A stretch of 51,349 bases of DNA from contig CBFFRQ010000007.1 of the NCBI GenBank assembly GCA_965644315.1, positions 1 to 51,349 on the forward strand, in the 5' to 3' direction. A program made the translations under genes and the position numbers. The notes below the pieces were generated by a model. It was not told where the DNA came from. It ran no database searches and was given only the letters and a program-made list of their open reading frames with translations. This document shows positions 33,473-45,953 of this stretch, in pieces. The first letter of the stretch is position 1. Each line of letters begins with the position of its first letter. The stretch is from Caecitellus pseudoparvulus (taxonomy: Eukaryota; Protista; Bigyra: Bicosoecida).

Positions 33473-36400
33473 ATGGGCGGCTGGCCACAATTCACCGGGC
33501 AGGACAAGGGTGCACTCCTCGGGCATCCACCTTGCCACATCTCAGCTGCCCTCAATCGCTGCCCCGTCTCGGTGCCGCGTCCCCAGGGTCAGACGCAGGC
33601 ACCGCCGTCCCTGCCGCGCGGCCACAGCTCAAGGCAGCGGGATGTTTCAAGCTGGCGGCAATGCCGGATGGGTGCACCACGCTAGTTTGGAAGGCCCCAA
33701 GGTGCAAGCAGTTGCATGGGATGCCTTGGAGGAGCGGCTGTGGAGCGTGACGGAAAGCGTGGGTGGCAGCAGCTGCCGTTGCAGCGGCAGACGCAGCCAA
33801 GTCGAGTGCCATCCCACCTCGCAGGGCCGATTGCAAAGCCATTCTTGGCCTGATGGCGGACTGCTCTGCCGTGTCAAGGCGCACGCGCTGGGAAATGTTC
33901 TGCTCACGCCCGTCATCGAGTGCGTTGAGCTGGTGTGGTGGCTGGGCTCAATTTCCGCACGCCCCTCCCGCGGCCTCCTGCCCGTGTTTCGCATCACAGG
34001 GGCGTCTTGACAGCGGGAACTGTTGCCACCAGCGGCGTTGGAGCTCCAAGCTGCAATGATCGCGTGTGCCTGCGGCTGTATGACCGTGGTGGGGTGCTGC
34101 AGACGGAGCACGTGTTGGACCTGGCCAAGCTGGCCGCCGCCAGTGACACGCCTCACGCCTCGCCCCACAACTTCCAGCCAGTGGCACTGGTGGCACTGCC
34201 CTTTGCAGGAGGGGGCGGAGCAGGACGCCAGGGCTCGGGCGGGGCGCCCTCTGCCGCACGGGCTGTGCTGGTGCTGCGTTGCGGCGATGCGCGCGTCGTG
34301 GACATGACGTCGACCTCCGCACGCCCTGTTCCTGGCACGCCTTGCCCCCGGCTGATCACCGTGTTCCGTTGTGGCCAGGAAGTGGGCTTGGCGGCAGCGG
34401 TCATGCCAGATCCGTCAGGTGCTGGCCGCCGCCTGACTGGGCAGTGGGGCGGCCTGGTTCTGGCGTGCACCCGACCCCCCGAGGCGGGGCCAGAGGATGC
34501 GAGCCCACCCCCTGCTGCCGATGAGGGGGTGGACGGCGACGACGCTGCTGTGCCCTTCTCCCCCATCCCCGTCTCCCGCCCCCGGCGCCTGCCCACCCTG
34601 TTCTTCTTCGACGGCTCCTGCCGCGCCAACCGCCCCGTCGCTGAGCTGTCCGTGCACAGCGAGGGGGGTGTGTCTGCCCTCGTGGTGCGGGGGCGTTTCC
34701 TCATCACTGCAGGGCGGCTGGCCGGAGAGGCACAGGACCCGGCCCTGCGCGCAGTGGACCTGAGTACCCTGCAGCCAGCAGGGAATCTGCAGGTGCTGCC
34801 CCGTTCGTCCACATCTGCCACGGACCCCATCGCCTGGCTGGCGGCAGGGGGGGATGAGGGGGGGTCCAACCAGGCCGGTGCGCCCACCGCCATCCTGGTT
34901 GGCACCCACTTTGGCTCTGTGCGCACTGTGGAGATGTACCCCCCCGCTCCGGGCAACTCCCGTGTGACGGCGCAGTCGGTGGGCACCACCACCATCACCA
35001 GCACATCAGGGGGCGTCTCGCGTTTCAAAGCCCCAGGCGTCGCCATGTCGCCCACTGGGGAGGTCCTCGTCGCCACTGACATGCACGGAATGAGGGCATT
35101 CCTGACCCCCCCCGACGTGCCCTCCCTGTCAGTCGGGCCGTCTGTGGCAGTGCAGGGGCGTGTGGAGGGACTGCGTGCCACCGCCCTGGGGGCAAGGCTG
35201 CTGCACCCGTCACTGCCGCGGCACGTGGCGCTGCCACCCCAACACCCCAGTGCCCTGGCCACCCTGACACTGCCTGAGCCAGGCATGGTGGCGCCTCAGG
35301 CTGCCATGGGCATACACCCCGAAGCGCCGGTGCTGGCCCACGCACTCACACGCGCACTGCCGCTGCACACGCCTCCCCCGGCTGTGCCACTGGCAGGCAG
35401 TGCCGCGCTTATGGCAGCCGTGCCCCTGCTCACAGCCAAAGAAGCAGCGTGGGGCGTGGGCACCTTCCAACCGACAGGCGCACCTGGGCTGCAGGCGCTC
35501 CTGCCACTGAACGCGCCGGGGTCAGCTCTGCCTCACGCCGTCACCACCACGCCACTGCTGCCCCTGCCCCGACAGGGCGCCAGCCGAGTGGTGCAGCGCA
35601 TCGCACTGGGGTCCCTGCCAGAGCAGCAGGAAGAAGGCGCAGCCCCCCCCCGCCGCCCCCCCGCCGACAGCGCCTGGCTACCTGAAGGCGTGGTGGCGCA
35701 CGTCAGTTTGCGGCAGGTGGCAGCGGGCGGCAGCGCCGAGATGCCAGACGGCCCCCCCGTGCGCCTGCGCCCCAACAGCCACGTGTACGGCCAGAGCGCA
35801 GAAGGAGTCTCCCCGCACCTGGCTGACATCATGCGTGCCACTGACGTGCGGGGTGGTGTGGCGCTGGCGACACCCGCGTCACCCTCGCCCAAGGCAGCCA
35901 CACTGGCAGTGCCAACGCGTTTCGCAGTGCCCAAGCCAGCCGTGCCCAGGTTTGGCTGGACTGCCTACGACGCGAGTGAGCTGAACAGGCACCCCATCCT
36001 GCCCTGTGTCCTGGACGTCGGCCAGAACACGCTGCTGGCCCAGCCGTTCCTGCTGTGTCAGTTCACGCGCGCCCTGCGGCAGCCACTTCGCCGCGCCACC
36101 CCCACCTGCGACACACCCCTGCTGGCGGAAGTGAAGGGAGCCCTCGACATTTCTCACGCGCTGAGCGAAGGCCCGCCTAGCAGCCGTCTGCTGTCGCCCA
36201 TCGGCGTCGTGCGTGCCGCGCGCTCCAGCCACTACATCGTCGGCGCAGGGGTGTTGGCGCCAGGGCACATCTACTCTCCCCTAAGACGGCTGCCCGTCGC
36301 CATGCAGGCGTTTTTCACCGCCATCACGGCGGAACAGCCCTCCCTCGCGGCTGCCGTGGATGACACGTTGGGGCTACCATGGCGGGACGGCGATGGGGCG

Positions 36401-38152
36401 CCGTCGAACAGCACTCGCGGCGCCTTCCTGCAGTACGCGAAAAACGCCCCCTACGCCCACGCCCGCGGCGCCGAGGCACGCGATGCGGCCATTGAACACT
36501 CTTTCCCCGCGGCACTGTCCCGGGGCCTGGCTGTGGATGACGTCACGCGCGTGTGGCGGAGGTTTCCGGATGGGTCGCTAGCACGCCAGGCCGCAGGGCG
36601 AACCGTGACGCGCCTGCCTCCGCTGCTGCTGGTGGACTGTGCCCTGCAGCAGGAATGGCAGAGAGAGGTGTGGACAGGGGACGGGTGGCTGCCCACTGCC
36701 TTGGACATCACGCTCAGCAGCCCCACCACCACGCGGCCCAGTGGCGAGGCAGGCTCGTACTGCGTCGGCGGTGTCAAGGTGTCACGAGCGGACATGGGCG
36801 CCCCACCGCCGCACGCCACACCCACCTCCACCAGCACACGCTACCACCTCGTGGGCGTCGTGTCCTTCGTCGGGCCCTTCGAAGCGGCGACATGCCCCCC
36901 CAGCGCCACACCTGCTTCTGGCACGGCGACGGGCGGCAGCGGCGGCACACCCCCCTTCATGTCCCCTGGCATGGTGGCGGCGCTGGCTCGGGGAGGGGAG
37001 GGGCCAGGGCACTTTGTCCTGCATGCCCGACTGAGCGAGGCTGGGGAGTGGAGTGGCGACGCGGGCGGCGCCTGGTGGCTGTGGAACTCCCTCAGCGTGA
37101 CGCCCTCCTCGGCGGGGGAGGCGGTGGATTTCTCCGCTGCGTGGCGCCACCCCGTGGCCCTGTTGTGGGCCCACGCTGCGGGGGTGGATACCCCAGACCA
37201 CCCCGCTCCCGGGCAGCACCCCCTGCATGCAGTGTGGAGTCGCGACGAGCCCTCTGCCCCCGGCCTGTCCTTGCTGCGCTGCCGCCCCAGCCAATTCGCG
37301 ACAAACCTGCCTGGCGGCGAAGACGACGAGGCAGCGTGGTCGGCGCAAGTGCAGCACGCAGAGGCGTACTTGGCATCTTCCGGGCCTGCTCCGTTGGTGG
37401 CGCTGGATGCGGAATTCGTGACGGTCATGTCGCGCATCACAGCGCCTGGCCCGAACGGCCCCGCCATCCTGCGCCCAGCAGTGGAGCGGCCTGGGCGAGT
37501 CAGCGTCGTGGGGGGTGACGGCGCGACGCTGCTGGACACGTTCATTGTGTGCGAGGAGGCCGTGCAAGACTACTGGACACGGTTCAGCGGCATTCGGGAG
37601 GGGGACCTGAACCCCGCCACCTCCACGCAGCGCCTGACACCGCTGCCCACGGTCCTCCTGCAGCTGCGAGCGCTGGTGGCGTGTGGCGCAGTGTTCGTGG
37701 GGCACGGCGTGGCGAAGGACTTCTTCATTCTGAACCTGCACGTGCCGCCGCAGCAGGTGGTGGACACGGCGCAGCTGTGGCGCCGCCCGGGCGAACGCAT
37801 CTTCAAGCTGCGCTTCCTCGCGGCACACTTGCTGGGGCAAGACATCCAGGACACGGAACACGACAGCACCCAGGATGCGCGGACGGCCCTGGACCTCCTG
37901 CACAAGTACCTCGCAGTGGTCGACGTACCGACGCTGCCGGCAGGTGGCGCAGGTGACCTGCCAACGCCCGCCCAGCACCCCGCCTTGGGTGGCATTGTGG
38001 AACACTTGTACAGTGAGGGCCGGCGCAGCGGCTTCAAGGTGGCGGGTGGCGCCAGTGCCTTGGCGTCCTCTGCCTCCACCCTCGCTGCGTTGCGGGGCGG
38101 TGCCGCTGAGCCAGGCGACGCTGACAGCGACAGCGACGAGCACGAGAGGTGA
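33473..38152 (+). CDS. PAN2: Poly(A) nuclease catalytic subunit PAN2
   Basis: N-terminal WD40-like region (WDALEERLW), degenerate USP-like middle, and DEDD exonuclease motifs VALDAEFV, DYWTRFSGIREGDLNP, FVGHG..KDF and HDSTQDARTAL. The start may be 33473 or 33642; several 5' introns. Confidence 0.93.
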
Positions 38153-38200
38153 GCCGTGCAGCTCCTGTGTTCCACTTGAGCTCGGAATCGTGTTCCGGGG

Positions 38201-39754
38201 TCACGGCTGCAGGCCGTGCTTTCGCTTGATGGCCGCTTCCAGCGGAATTGACAGAAATGCAGCCAGCACAATGCCCAGCGTGTCAGCAGTGCTCGCAGCG
38301 CCCAGGGACAGCTCTCGGACCGCGGGGTCCACTTGTTCGTGAATCATGCGGAAGGCGTTGACATCTGCGGTGAGAAGAGGGGGGTAGGGAGTGCCGCGTT
38401 GCGCGCTGCAGCGGCGACGAGCGATGCAAAAACGCACATGTCGCGCCCCCCAGCAAGCCCACCCAAACGGTGAGAGCCCCCATGACGATGGGACTTGGAA
38501 TGAAGTATGTAAAACCTTGAACCAGGAACAGCCCCAGCGTCAGCACCTGCAGCAGCGGCAGCGGCCACAGAAGCTTCAACGGCAGCACCGTGCCGCTGCT
38601 GCGGGACACGAACACTCCGCACTGGTAGCAGAAACCCGCAATGACGTACCACTGACTGGCGCTGAGTCCATGGAACTGCAGGGCGCTGTTCACGCCCGTC
38701 TGCACGACGTATTCCGCAGCGTACACCAAGAACAACGGCAGCATATACACCCACAACGGCGCGATGACTCGCAGGCGCTGGGGCAGACTCATGTTGCGTG
38801 TGGAGGCGGCAGACTGCAGTGCATCGCGAGGGACAACGGGAAGGGTGGAGTCCTTCGGCGACTGCTGCTGCTGTGCCTGCTGGAAGTCACCGTGCGGTGC
38901 AGGGGGTGTCGCTGCCACGGGCGCATACCCACCCCCCCCGCCCTGGCGCGACCCGGTGTCCAGATCCAGAGAGGGCACGCCATCCCTCGTCCCCCCTTGC
39001 CCTTCTTCCAACAGGGGGCTGTGGTCAGAGGTGGCCAGGGGCGATGCAGAACCCCCCTCGCGCTCGCCAGGGGGGGGCTTGCCGCTGGCAGGCACACAGG
39101 CGTGCGCCTGGGCCGGGGTGGGCAGCAGTGCGGCATACACCAGGAAGAAGGCCCCCGCCCAGGCAGCCCCCAGCTTCAAGGTGAGGGGGGCGGGAACGCC
39201 CAGCACAGTGTGCAGGAGCAAGAACCAGCCTGAGCCGGCGACGCCAGCAATGCCTGTCCCTGACGACCACGCCGTCAGCACCTGTTTGCCGGGGTAGAAG
39301 GCAGACATGGCCAGGAAGGTGACTTCGCCCCACCCTGAGGCGACGGAGCCCAGCGCCACGCCCAGCAGGCGCACAGTGGGCGTGCCGCCGAAGCCAGTGA
39401 CGAGGAAAGCAGCCACGCTGCAGGCAGTGCAAATGCCCACTCGCACGACAAAGGGGAAGTGGTGCACCCACAGCGGCGCAGTGGACTTGATGATGATGGT
39501 GGGCACAATATCAGCGGCCAGCACAGCCCCTGCGCGCCCCTTCAAAATGCTCTCAGCCCTGGCGCGGAGTGTAGGGCAGGGTTGCGGTGCGGAAGTTGAC
39601 TTGCAACAGGCGCTTGCAAGCCTGCACAGCACAGCACCACGCACCCTGAGAGCATGACGACATACACAAAGTTATTCAGCAGACCCAGCAGCCACCATGC
39701 GCTCATGAGCTGTGCGTACTTCATGTTGCAGGGGGAGCCCTGGTGCCGCTCCAT
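38201..39754 (-). CDS. CLN3: Battenin / CLN3 / BTN1 lysosomal membrane protein
   Basis: LLGLLNNFVYVVMLS, VLAADIVP, SGWGEVTFL, AWSSGTGIAG, LVYAAEY, YQCGVFVSRSS and GLLGGATYVNAF (after splicing). Confidence 0.93.
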
Positions 39755-39973
39755 ACCGGCCCGGCGCACACGCTGCTGCCTCCCAGACCAGTTTCTGCAG
39801 GGACAGGTGTGAAGGGCAACAGTTGAGCGTCATCAAATACCAACTCCACACATTGAACCCGGAGATTTGATGACTTAAATTGCTGTGTTCCTGCCGCTAC
39901 TTTGCTGGAAGCTCGTAACAGCAGGAGCTGGGCGTGCCTGCGTTTCGCAAGCCTCGCGTTTCACCTTGACAGC

Positions 39974-40709
39974 ATGGCCACTGCCACGTCCCTGTCCGCC
40001 ATGGACGCCCTGGGCAACGCCCGAACGGGCGCCCAAAAGCTTTTTGGTCCAAAGCAAGAGGAGGGCATGATGGGCGAGCTCAATGCCATGTGCAACCTCA
40101 CGTATTCCCAGGTGCGAGCAGAGTGCGAGCTGGCTTCCAGCTGCTGCTCCTGCACCACTGTCACCAGCGCCCCCGCCCCCCCCCACCCAGCGCATGTATG
40201 GGTTCGCGGCCTGCTTCGTCCTTGGGACCATCTTGTCCATCATCGTGCGTCGTGCGCGAGCAAGAGGCACGCGCGCCGCTCCCCGTGACACCCCGCCTTC
40301 GCCGCGGCTCCCAGTCGGCATTCTTCATCACACAGCCGGTGAAGTTCGCCGTCCTCTACTCCATCGGCAACGTCATCGCCCTCATCAGGTCCGGCGGCAG
40401 GGCGTCCCTGCAAGCCCCTCACAGCCCACCCTGCACCCCCCCCCTTCCCCCCTGCACAGCACCTCCTTCCTCCTCGGACCCTGCACCCAGCTCAAGTACA
40501 TGTTCCACCGCAAGCGGCTGGTGGCCACCATCCTGTACCTGGTCATGATTGTCGTCACAGTGCTGGTGGCAGTGCTGACGCAGAACGAGGGCCTGACCTT
40601 CCTGTGCATCATCGTGCAGTACTTGGCGCTCACCTGGTATGCGTTGTCCTACATTCCCTTTGCTCGCGACATGGCCAAGCGGTGCTGCGGCAGCGTCATG
40701 TCAGGGTGA
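39974..40709 (+). CDS. SFT2: Vesicle transport protein SFT2/Got1 family
   Basis: LTYSQRMYGFAACF, KFAVLYSIGN, FLLGPCTQLKYMFHRKRLVAT and WYALSYIPFAR; three introns. Confidence 0.93.
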
Positions 40710-40731
40710 GCCAACCATACAATACATGCAT

Positions 40732-42611
40732 TCAGCGTTGCTTCGCTGCTGCCAGCTCCGACTGCACGCCGCGCAGCAGTGCTGTTGTCGGCTCGCCGGG
40801 CAACGCGCCCAGCTTCACGGCGACACTGGCGAGGACACAGAGACTGGGCATGGCGGCGGCCACCTCCTCCACTGCACTGCGGCGATTGCCAACTAATAGC
40901 CGCACTGCTGCCTGCAACGCACTGAGCAGGGCGGTGGCCAGGGCTGCCGCCACATCCAGTGGGCCAGAGTCGTGTTGCTCCACCGGCCGCCCTGCGTCAC
41001 CGTCTTCCGCTGCCTTGCGCTGGAGGAATGCGCGACCACATGCGACGGCCACGGTGGCTTCGCTGCTCGCCCAGGCTGAGACGCCCTCCTCCGCGTCCCC
41101 ACGCACGATGCCTTGATGTGCGGCTGATGTGGAAGGCAGCGCGCCCAGCGCCACGTCAGCGGCGGCCGCGTGCGATTCCACACCGTGCAACAGCGCACCC
41201 GCACCAGCCCATGCACAAGCTGCAAGTGCAACGACATCTCCCGGCTCGGGCAACTGCTGTGCAACAGCTTTCACGCCCACCATAGGCAGCAGCAAGCCTG
41301 GGTGAGTGGGCTCAGCAGCGCTCGAGTGCACTGCCCACAGCGGCTGGGCGGACAGCTGCCCCACCCAGGCATCCTTGGCCTGCCACTGGGTCAAGGCGTG
41401 AGCCAGCATGGCCAAAAACGCGCCAGCCAGAGCAGCGTCTTGTGGGTCCAAGCCTTGCTCAAGGGGCGCGTCCGGAGTGGCGGCGCGTATGCGTGACGTA
41501 AGAGCGCCAGGCAGGCCACCTAGCGGGCTCATGACGGGCAGCACGCCACCCATGCGACTGGATCCGGATGAGGACCGGCGCCTGCGACCTGCCGAAGGCA
41601 CCACGGCGTAAGACTGTCGCAGGCGCTCGAACGCTGCGCCCACATCTGCGGCTGCCGACTGCTGCACGGAGCTCGTCGCAGCAGTCGACCCGCTCGGAAT
41701 TGGGGCAGGCACGCTTGGATTCAGCAGCGGGTGGGCGAAGAACTCCACGAAGGAGATGCGGTCCACTGGGTCTGGGCGCAGTAGCATGCGCAGCAGGTGG
41801 TGCAGTGACTCAGGCACGCCGGTCGCGATGCCGGGAGGCATGGTGGGAGTGGCGGAGCGAATGGTGTCGAGCAGAGCAGCAGGCGAGTCAGCTGTGAAGG
41901 GCGGAGCACCGGTCAGCATCTCCCACGCAATGCAGCCCACCGACCACAGATCGCACTTGGCGTCGTACTGCTGTCGGTCCAGCACCTCCGGAGCCATGTA
42001 CAGTGGGCTGCCGCACAGCGTCGCTGCCATGCCCTCGTCCGGCAGCGTGCGTGCGAAGCCAAAGTCCCCGATGCGCAGCACGCTGTCCTCTGCCAGCAGC
42101 AGGTTCTGCGGCTTCAAGTCGCGGTGGATGACGTTGTTGGAGTGCAGGTACGCCAGCCCCGCCGCAAGCTGGCTGAGGAAGGCGAGCGCTTGCGGCACCG
42201 GCAAACCGCCATCCTCCTGGGCCATGAGCATGGACAGGTCTCCCTGCTGGCAGTACTCCAGCACGATGAAGATGTGCTTCTCTGACTTCTGCGGTGAGGC
42301 GAGGCGAAGCGTGCAGGCGCCAGCGGCACAGTCCGGGCAGCACACGTGCAACGACGCACCATGACGTCCAGCAGTCGGACGATGTTCGGGTGCTCCAGCT
42401 TGCGCAGGAGGCCGATCTCCAGCTCCAGGTTTCGCACCACCTTGGCTGTCAAGGAGCGTGTCTTGATGGCCTTCAGCGCCACATGCTCCCCCGTCTCCTC
42501 GTGCACGGCATGGTACACGTGTGCGAAGCTGCCGGCACCCAGCAGAGACTTCACAAGGTACTTTCCGACTTTTCCCTGTCCATCGCCCCCCAGGCCACCA
42601 ACGCCTGCCAT
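40732..42611 (-). CDS. ATG1: ATG1/ULK-family Ser/Thr kinase
   Basis: LGAGSFAHVY, HRDLKPQNLLL, IGDFGFAR, ATLCGSPLYMAPEVL, YDAKCDLWSVG and RISFVEFFAHP; one intron. Confidence 0.85.
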
Positions 42612-43029
42612 GTGCGGAGCCAAGTGTGAAGTGGTAGTGGCAGAAACGCTGTCGCAACACTGGCCAGCACGCCGGCCTTCACGTAGCGTGAGGGCGCTGG
42701 GGTGGATGCGGGCACATCAATGCGTGCATAAATCAAAGAAGTGGTCGTGTGTTGTACGTGCAGGCTTTGGAACGCTTGAATTTTGCTGAATGCGGAGCCT
42801 ATGCCTGAGTTGCTGCTCAAGTCTGGCGTTGTCCAAACGTGCTTCACCGAAAGCCCAGCACGCGAGCCCAACCTGCACCTAATTTGTAAACACACTGCAA
42901 TACGATCGTCTACCGGCTGGTTCCTTGGCTTCGCGCAGTGCTTGGCACTGCAGTGTGGCGCCATTCGTCATCTTCTTCGCCAGCCCGTGTGCGGTGCCTG
43001 GTTCAACGCAGGCAGCTTCCTCGCACAGT

Positions 43030-43726
43030 TCACACCTTGGACTCTGACAGGGCACTCGTAGGAGCCGCGCTGTGCACCTGCACGCCCCGGCACAGCGGCT
43101 CCAGGGGCGTGGGGCCGACGACACCGGCTGGCTCATGTGTGCTCAGTTGCAGCGACGGGCGCTTGGACAGGGTGCACTTGTACAGGCGGAAGTGGCGGAA
43201 GTAGTGCTGGAGGAGGAACTCTGACACTAACGCCACCTCCTCTTCACTGAACAGGCACACAGAGGCTGGGCTGTGGTCCACTGCGTGCTGCAGCAGCAGC
43301 TCAGAGGCGTATGCGTAGCTCTCCGTGCACGTCGTGTTCCACGTGGCAGCATCCACATATGCACACTGATACATGATGCCCAGCACGACTGATGCTTGGG
43401 CTGGCTTGAGCTTGTGCTCCCGGCAAAACCTGCACGAGTTTGGGGGGCGCGAAACGTTGGCGAAACGCCGTCCGAAGCACGCAGCATCGACATGCCGTAC
43501 CCCAGCGTGTAGTACAGCAGTTCTCCAAGCACAGGCAGCGAAGCTTCATCATCCCATTCAATGCCTTTGATCAGCGTCCTGGAAATCACAGAGAGAGGAG
43601 GGCGTCGCGCAATGAGAGGCTGGGGGCGTAGAAACGCGCGACCACGCCGCACCGCTCGATTTCTTCCCGGTCCTTCAGCTCTGCCAACGCCTGCATGCAC
43701 TCTTCGCTGAACACCTTGTACTCCAT
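43030..43726 (-). CDS. CFAP119/CCDC189-like flagellar central-pair protein (CLAMP domain); 5' end uncertain
   Basis: LLLQHAVDHSPASVCLFS...EFLLQHYFRHFRLYK resembles the CLAMP domain; two short introns. Confidence 0.7.
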
Positions 43727-44017
43727 GGATGTCGCCTGAGACAGGCATTGCATTCGAGGGTGCAGTGGCGCTTGTGAGTTTGCACGGCATTGAAAGCCTC
43801 ACCATGCCGAGTTTGCTGGCGCAATCCCAGGGAGACTGCACAGTCGGCGCGAGCCTGCTCGCAGGGGCAGAGGGCAACACGACAGGGGTGAGCTGGCGTA
43901 CACACGGGGTGCTCGGAACATTCGCCAGCAGCTGGGTGCAGCTTTGCCGACTCGTATGAAGTTTGACCCGCGCTCGAAAGTGTCATCATGCACCGGCACG
44001 AAGCACGGCCGCTGACC

Positions 44018-45499
44018 CTACCGCAAGAAGATGGCAAAGTGGGGGGGGTTTCCCTGTGTCAGTGCCGAGTGCACAGCGCTGTAGCTCATGTGCGCGGCGC
44101 AGCACACCTCGTCCAAGCAATGACCCCCTCCCAGCAGGTGCCGCACGCGCCACAGTGCAGGTGGCAGCCCCAACTCATTCCCGCCGGGCGCAGAGTCCAT
44201 GGGCGGCGCCACACTCCCTGCAACAGCCTTTGCATCATGCCCACCCTCACTTCCGTCCACTGCATCTGTGCTGGTCGGCGGGGTCGCCCCTCCCCCCACC
44301 ACAGCACCGGCCCCCGCCTCGCCACCGGCCGGCGCCGAAACCTCACTCTGCGCGCCTGCGACAGTGCCTGGGCCGGCAGAGCGAGTAGCTTGTGTGGCCA
44401 CTGGGGTGAGGGGTGTGGCATGCGCGTGCATGCGACGTAGCAGTCCATGCAGAACACCGAACACCACCAGGGCCCGGTCGTCGATGCCGCACTCTGCAGT
44501 GCGGCCACCCACCACCACATCTTGCACCCGTGTGCCAGTGCCAAAGCGCACCAGCACCCGGAAAATATCAGCTGCATCGGGCACCACGCTGCTCCCCTGT
44601 GCCGTGGCATACTGCACTGCTGCTGCAGCCAGTTCCGCCTTGGCGGGAGACAGCAAGTCACACGCCGCAGGCGTGATGGCATACACGTTGGAGTACTGGA
44701 ACAAGTCCACAAGGCCCACGAACCCGTAGTGCAGCATGTGCTCCACCACCCGGCGCACGAGGTGTGGCTCAACGTCTGCTGCCTCTGCGATGGCACCTGT
44801 GTGTGTGACGCCGTCAATCAGAGGCAGCACCCGCCGAAGACACATGTCCCAATCCTCTCCCGCCAACGCATCCAGGTCCTTGACTCGCACGGGGACATCA
44901 TGGTCGCCGACCACCACAGGGCCCTGCAGCACCGGGAACAGCTTCAAAGCCAGCGTGGTGCCTGCCAGCACCGGCACCACGCACTCCCCCCGGCTGGACA
45001 GGCCAGCGAACACCTCGTCCAGCAGCAGACCCATGGCTGCGTGGCCCTGCGCATCCCGCCGCAGGAAGCCCTGCTCACGCTCCATAGATGCCAGCACGGA
45101 AGCGAGCTTGCGCAGTACAGAGACGTACGGCCGCCACTGGGCATGTGGGTCCAAGATGAAGCCAACGTTGAACATCAGCGCGTTGCGCGCGTACGCCGCG
45201 TCTTCCAGGCGAACCGGGAAGCCAAGGATGCGCTGCTTCCCCACCACGACAGACACGACCTTCTCCACCAGGAACTTCTTCGTGATGATATACTCAGATA
45301 TTGAAGAAAACGCTGACGCGGAAAGCACACTGCACGGCAGGTCACGGCAGGGGAGCGGCCCCAAGCAGTGCGGACAGGGTTTCGCTGGCGTTTCGTGGGT
45401 TGCCCTCGCTCACTTTGCAGGGGTCTGGCACTCAAGCACTGGGCCATGGGTGTTGTCGAACTTCGCAAAGAATACACCTTGCAGCATGGCAGCGGCCAT
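44018..45499 (-). CDS. NPRL2: GATOR1 subunit NPRL2/NPR2
   Basis: FFAKFDNTHGPVLECQTP, ISEYIITK, LGFPV..E...YARNALMFNVGF, LPLIDGV, VDLFQYSNVY, FGVLHGLLRRMH and LDEVCC; one intron. Confidence 0.94.
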
Positions 45500-45953
45500 G
45501 GTGACAAAAAGCTGCGCGCATCAGCGCCGACTCTGTTGCCGTCTCACAGGGAAATCCCTGGCACAGGCGGGGCTGACGTGCAACAGTCCGGCCAATGGAG
45601 TCGGGGGAAAGCTGGCCTTCAAACCCAAGGAAGTTAAGCGTGAGTATCTTACCAAGTTCAGTGGGGTGTGCGTTTTATTGGTGGCGTGATGGTGGGGCAG
45701 CCATGGCAGCTCCAGTGTAGTGGCATGTGCAGGCAATTCTAGCCTCCCGTGCAATTCAAGGCAGGCGGTGAATGTGGCTTGCAGTGCTGATAAGCAAATA
45801 ATCTGACACGCAATGCTTATTGCGTCAGCATCTACTCCCATCCTCTACCTGGCTTGTCTGGATCTGGCGTGGCAGACATTGGCACAGATCGGCCAACCCT
45901 GCAAATAAGCCAGGATTGAACACGAAGTAGCGAGTACAGTGCCAGCAGAAGCC

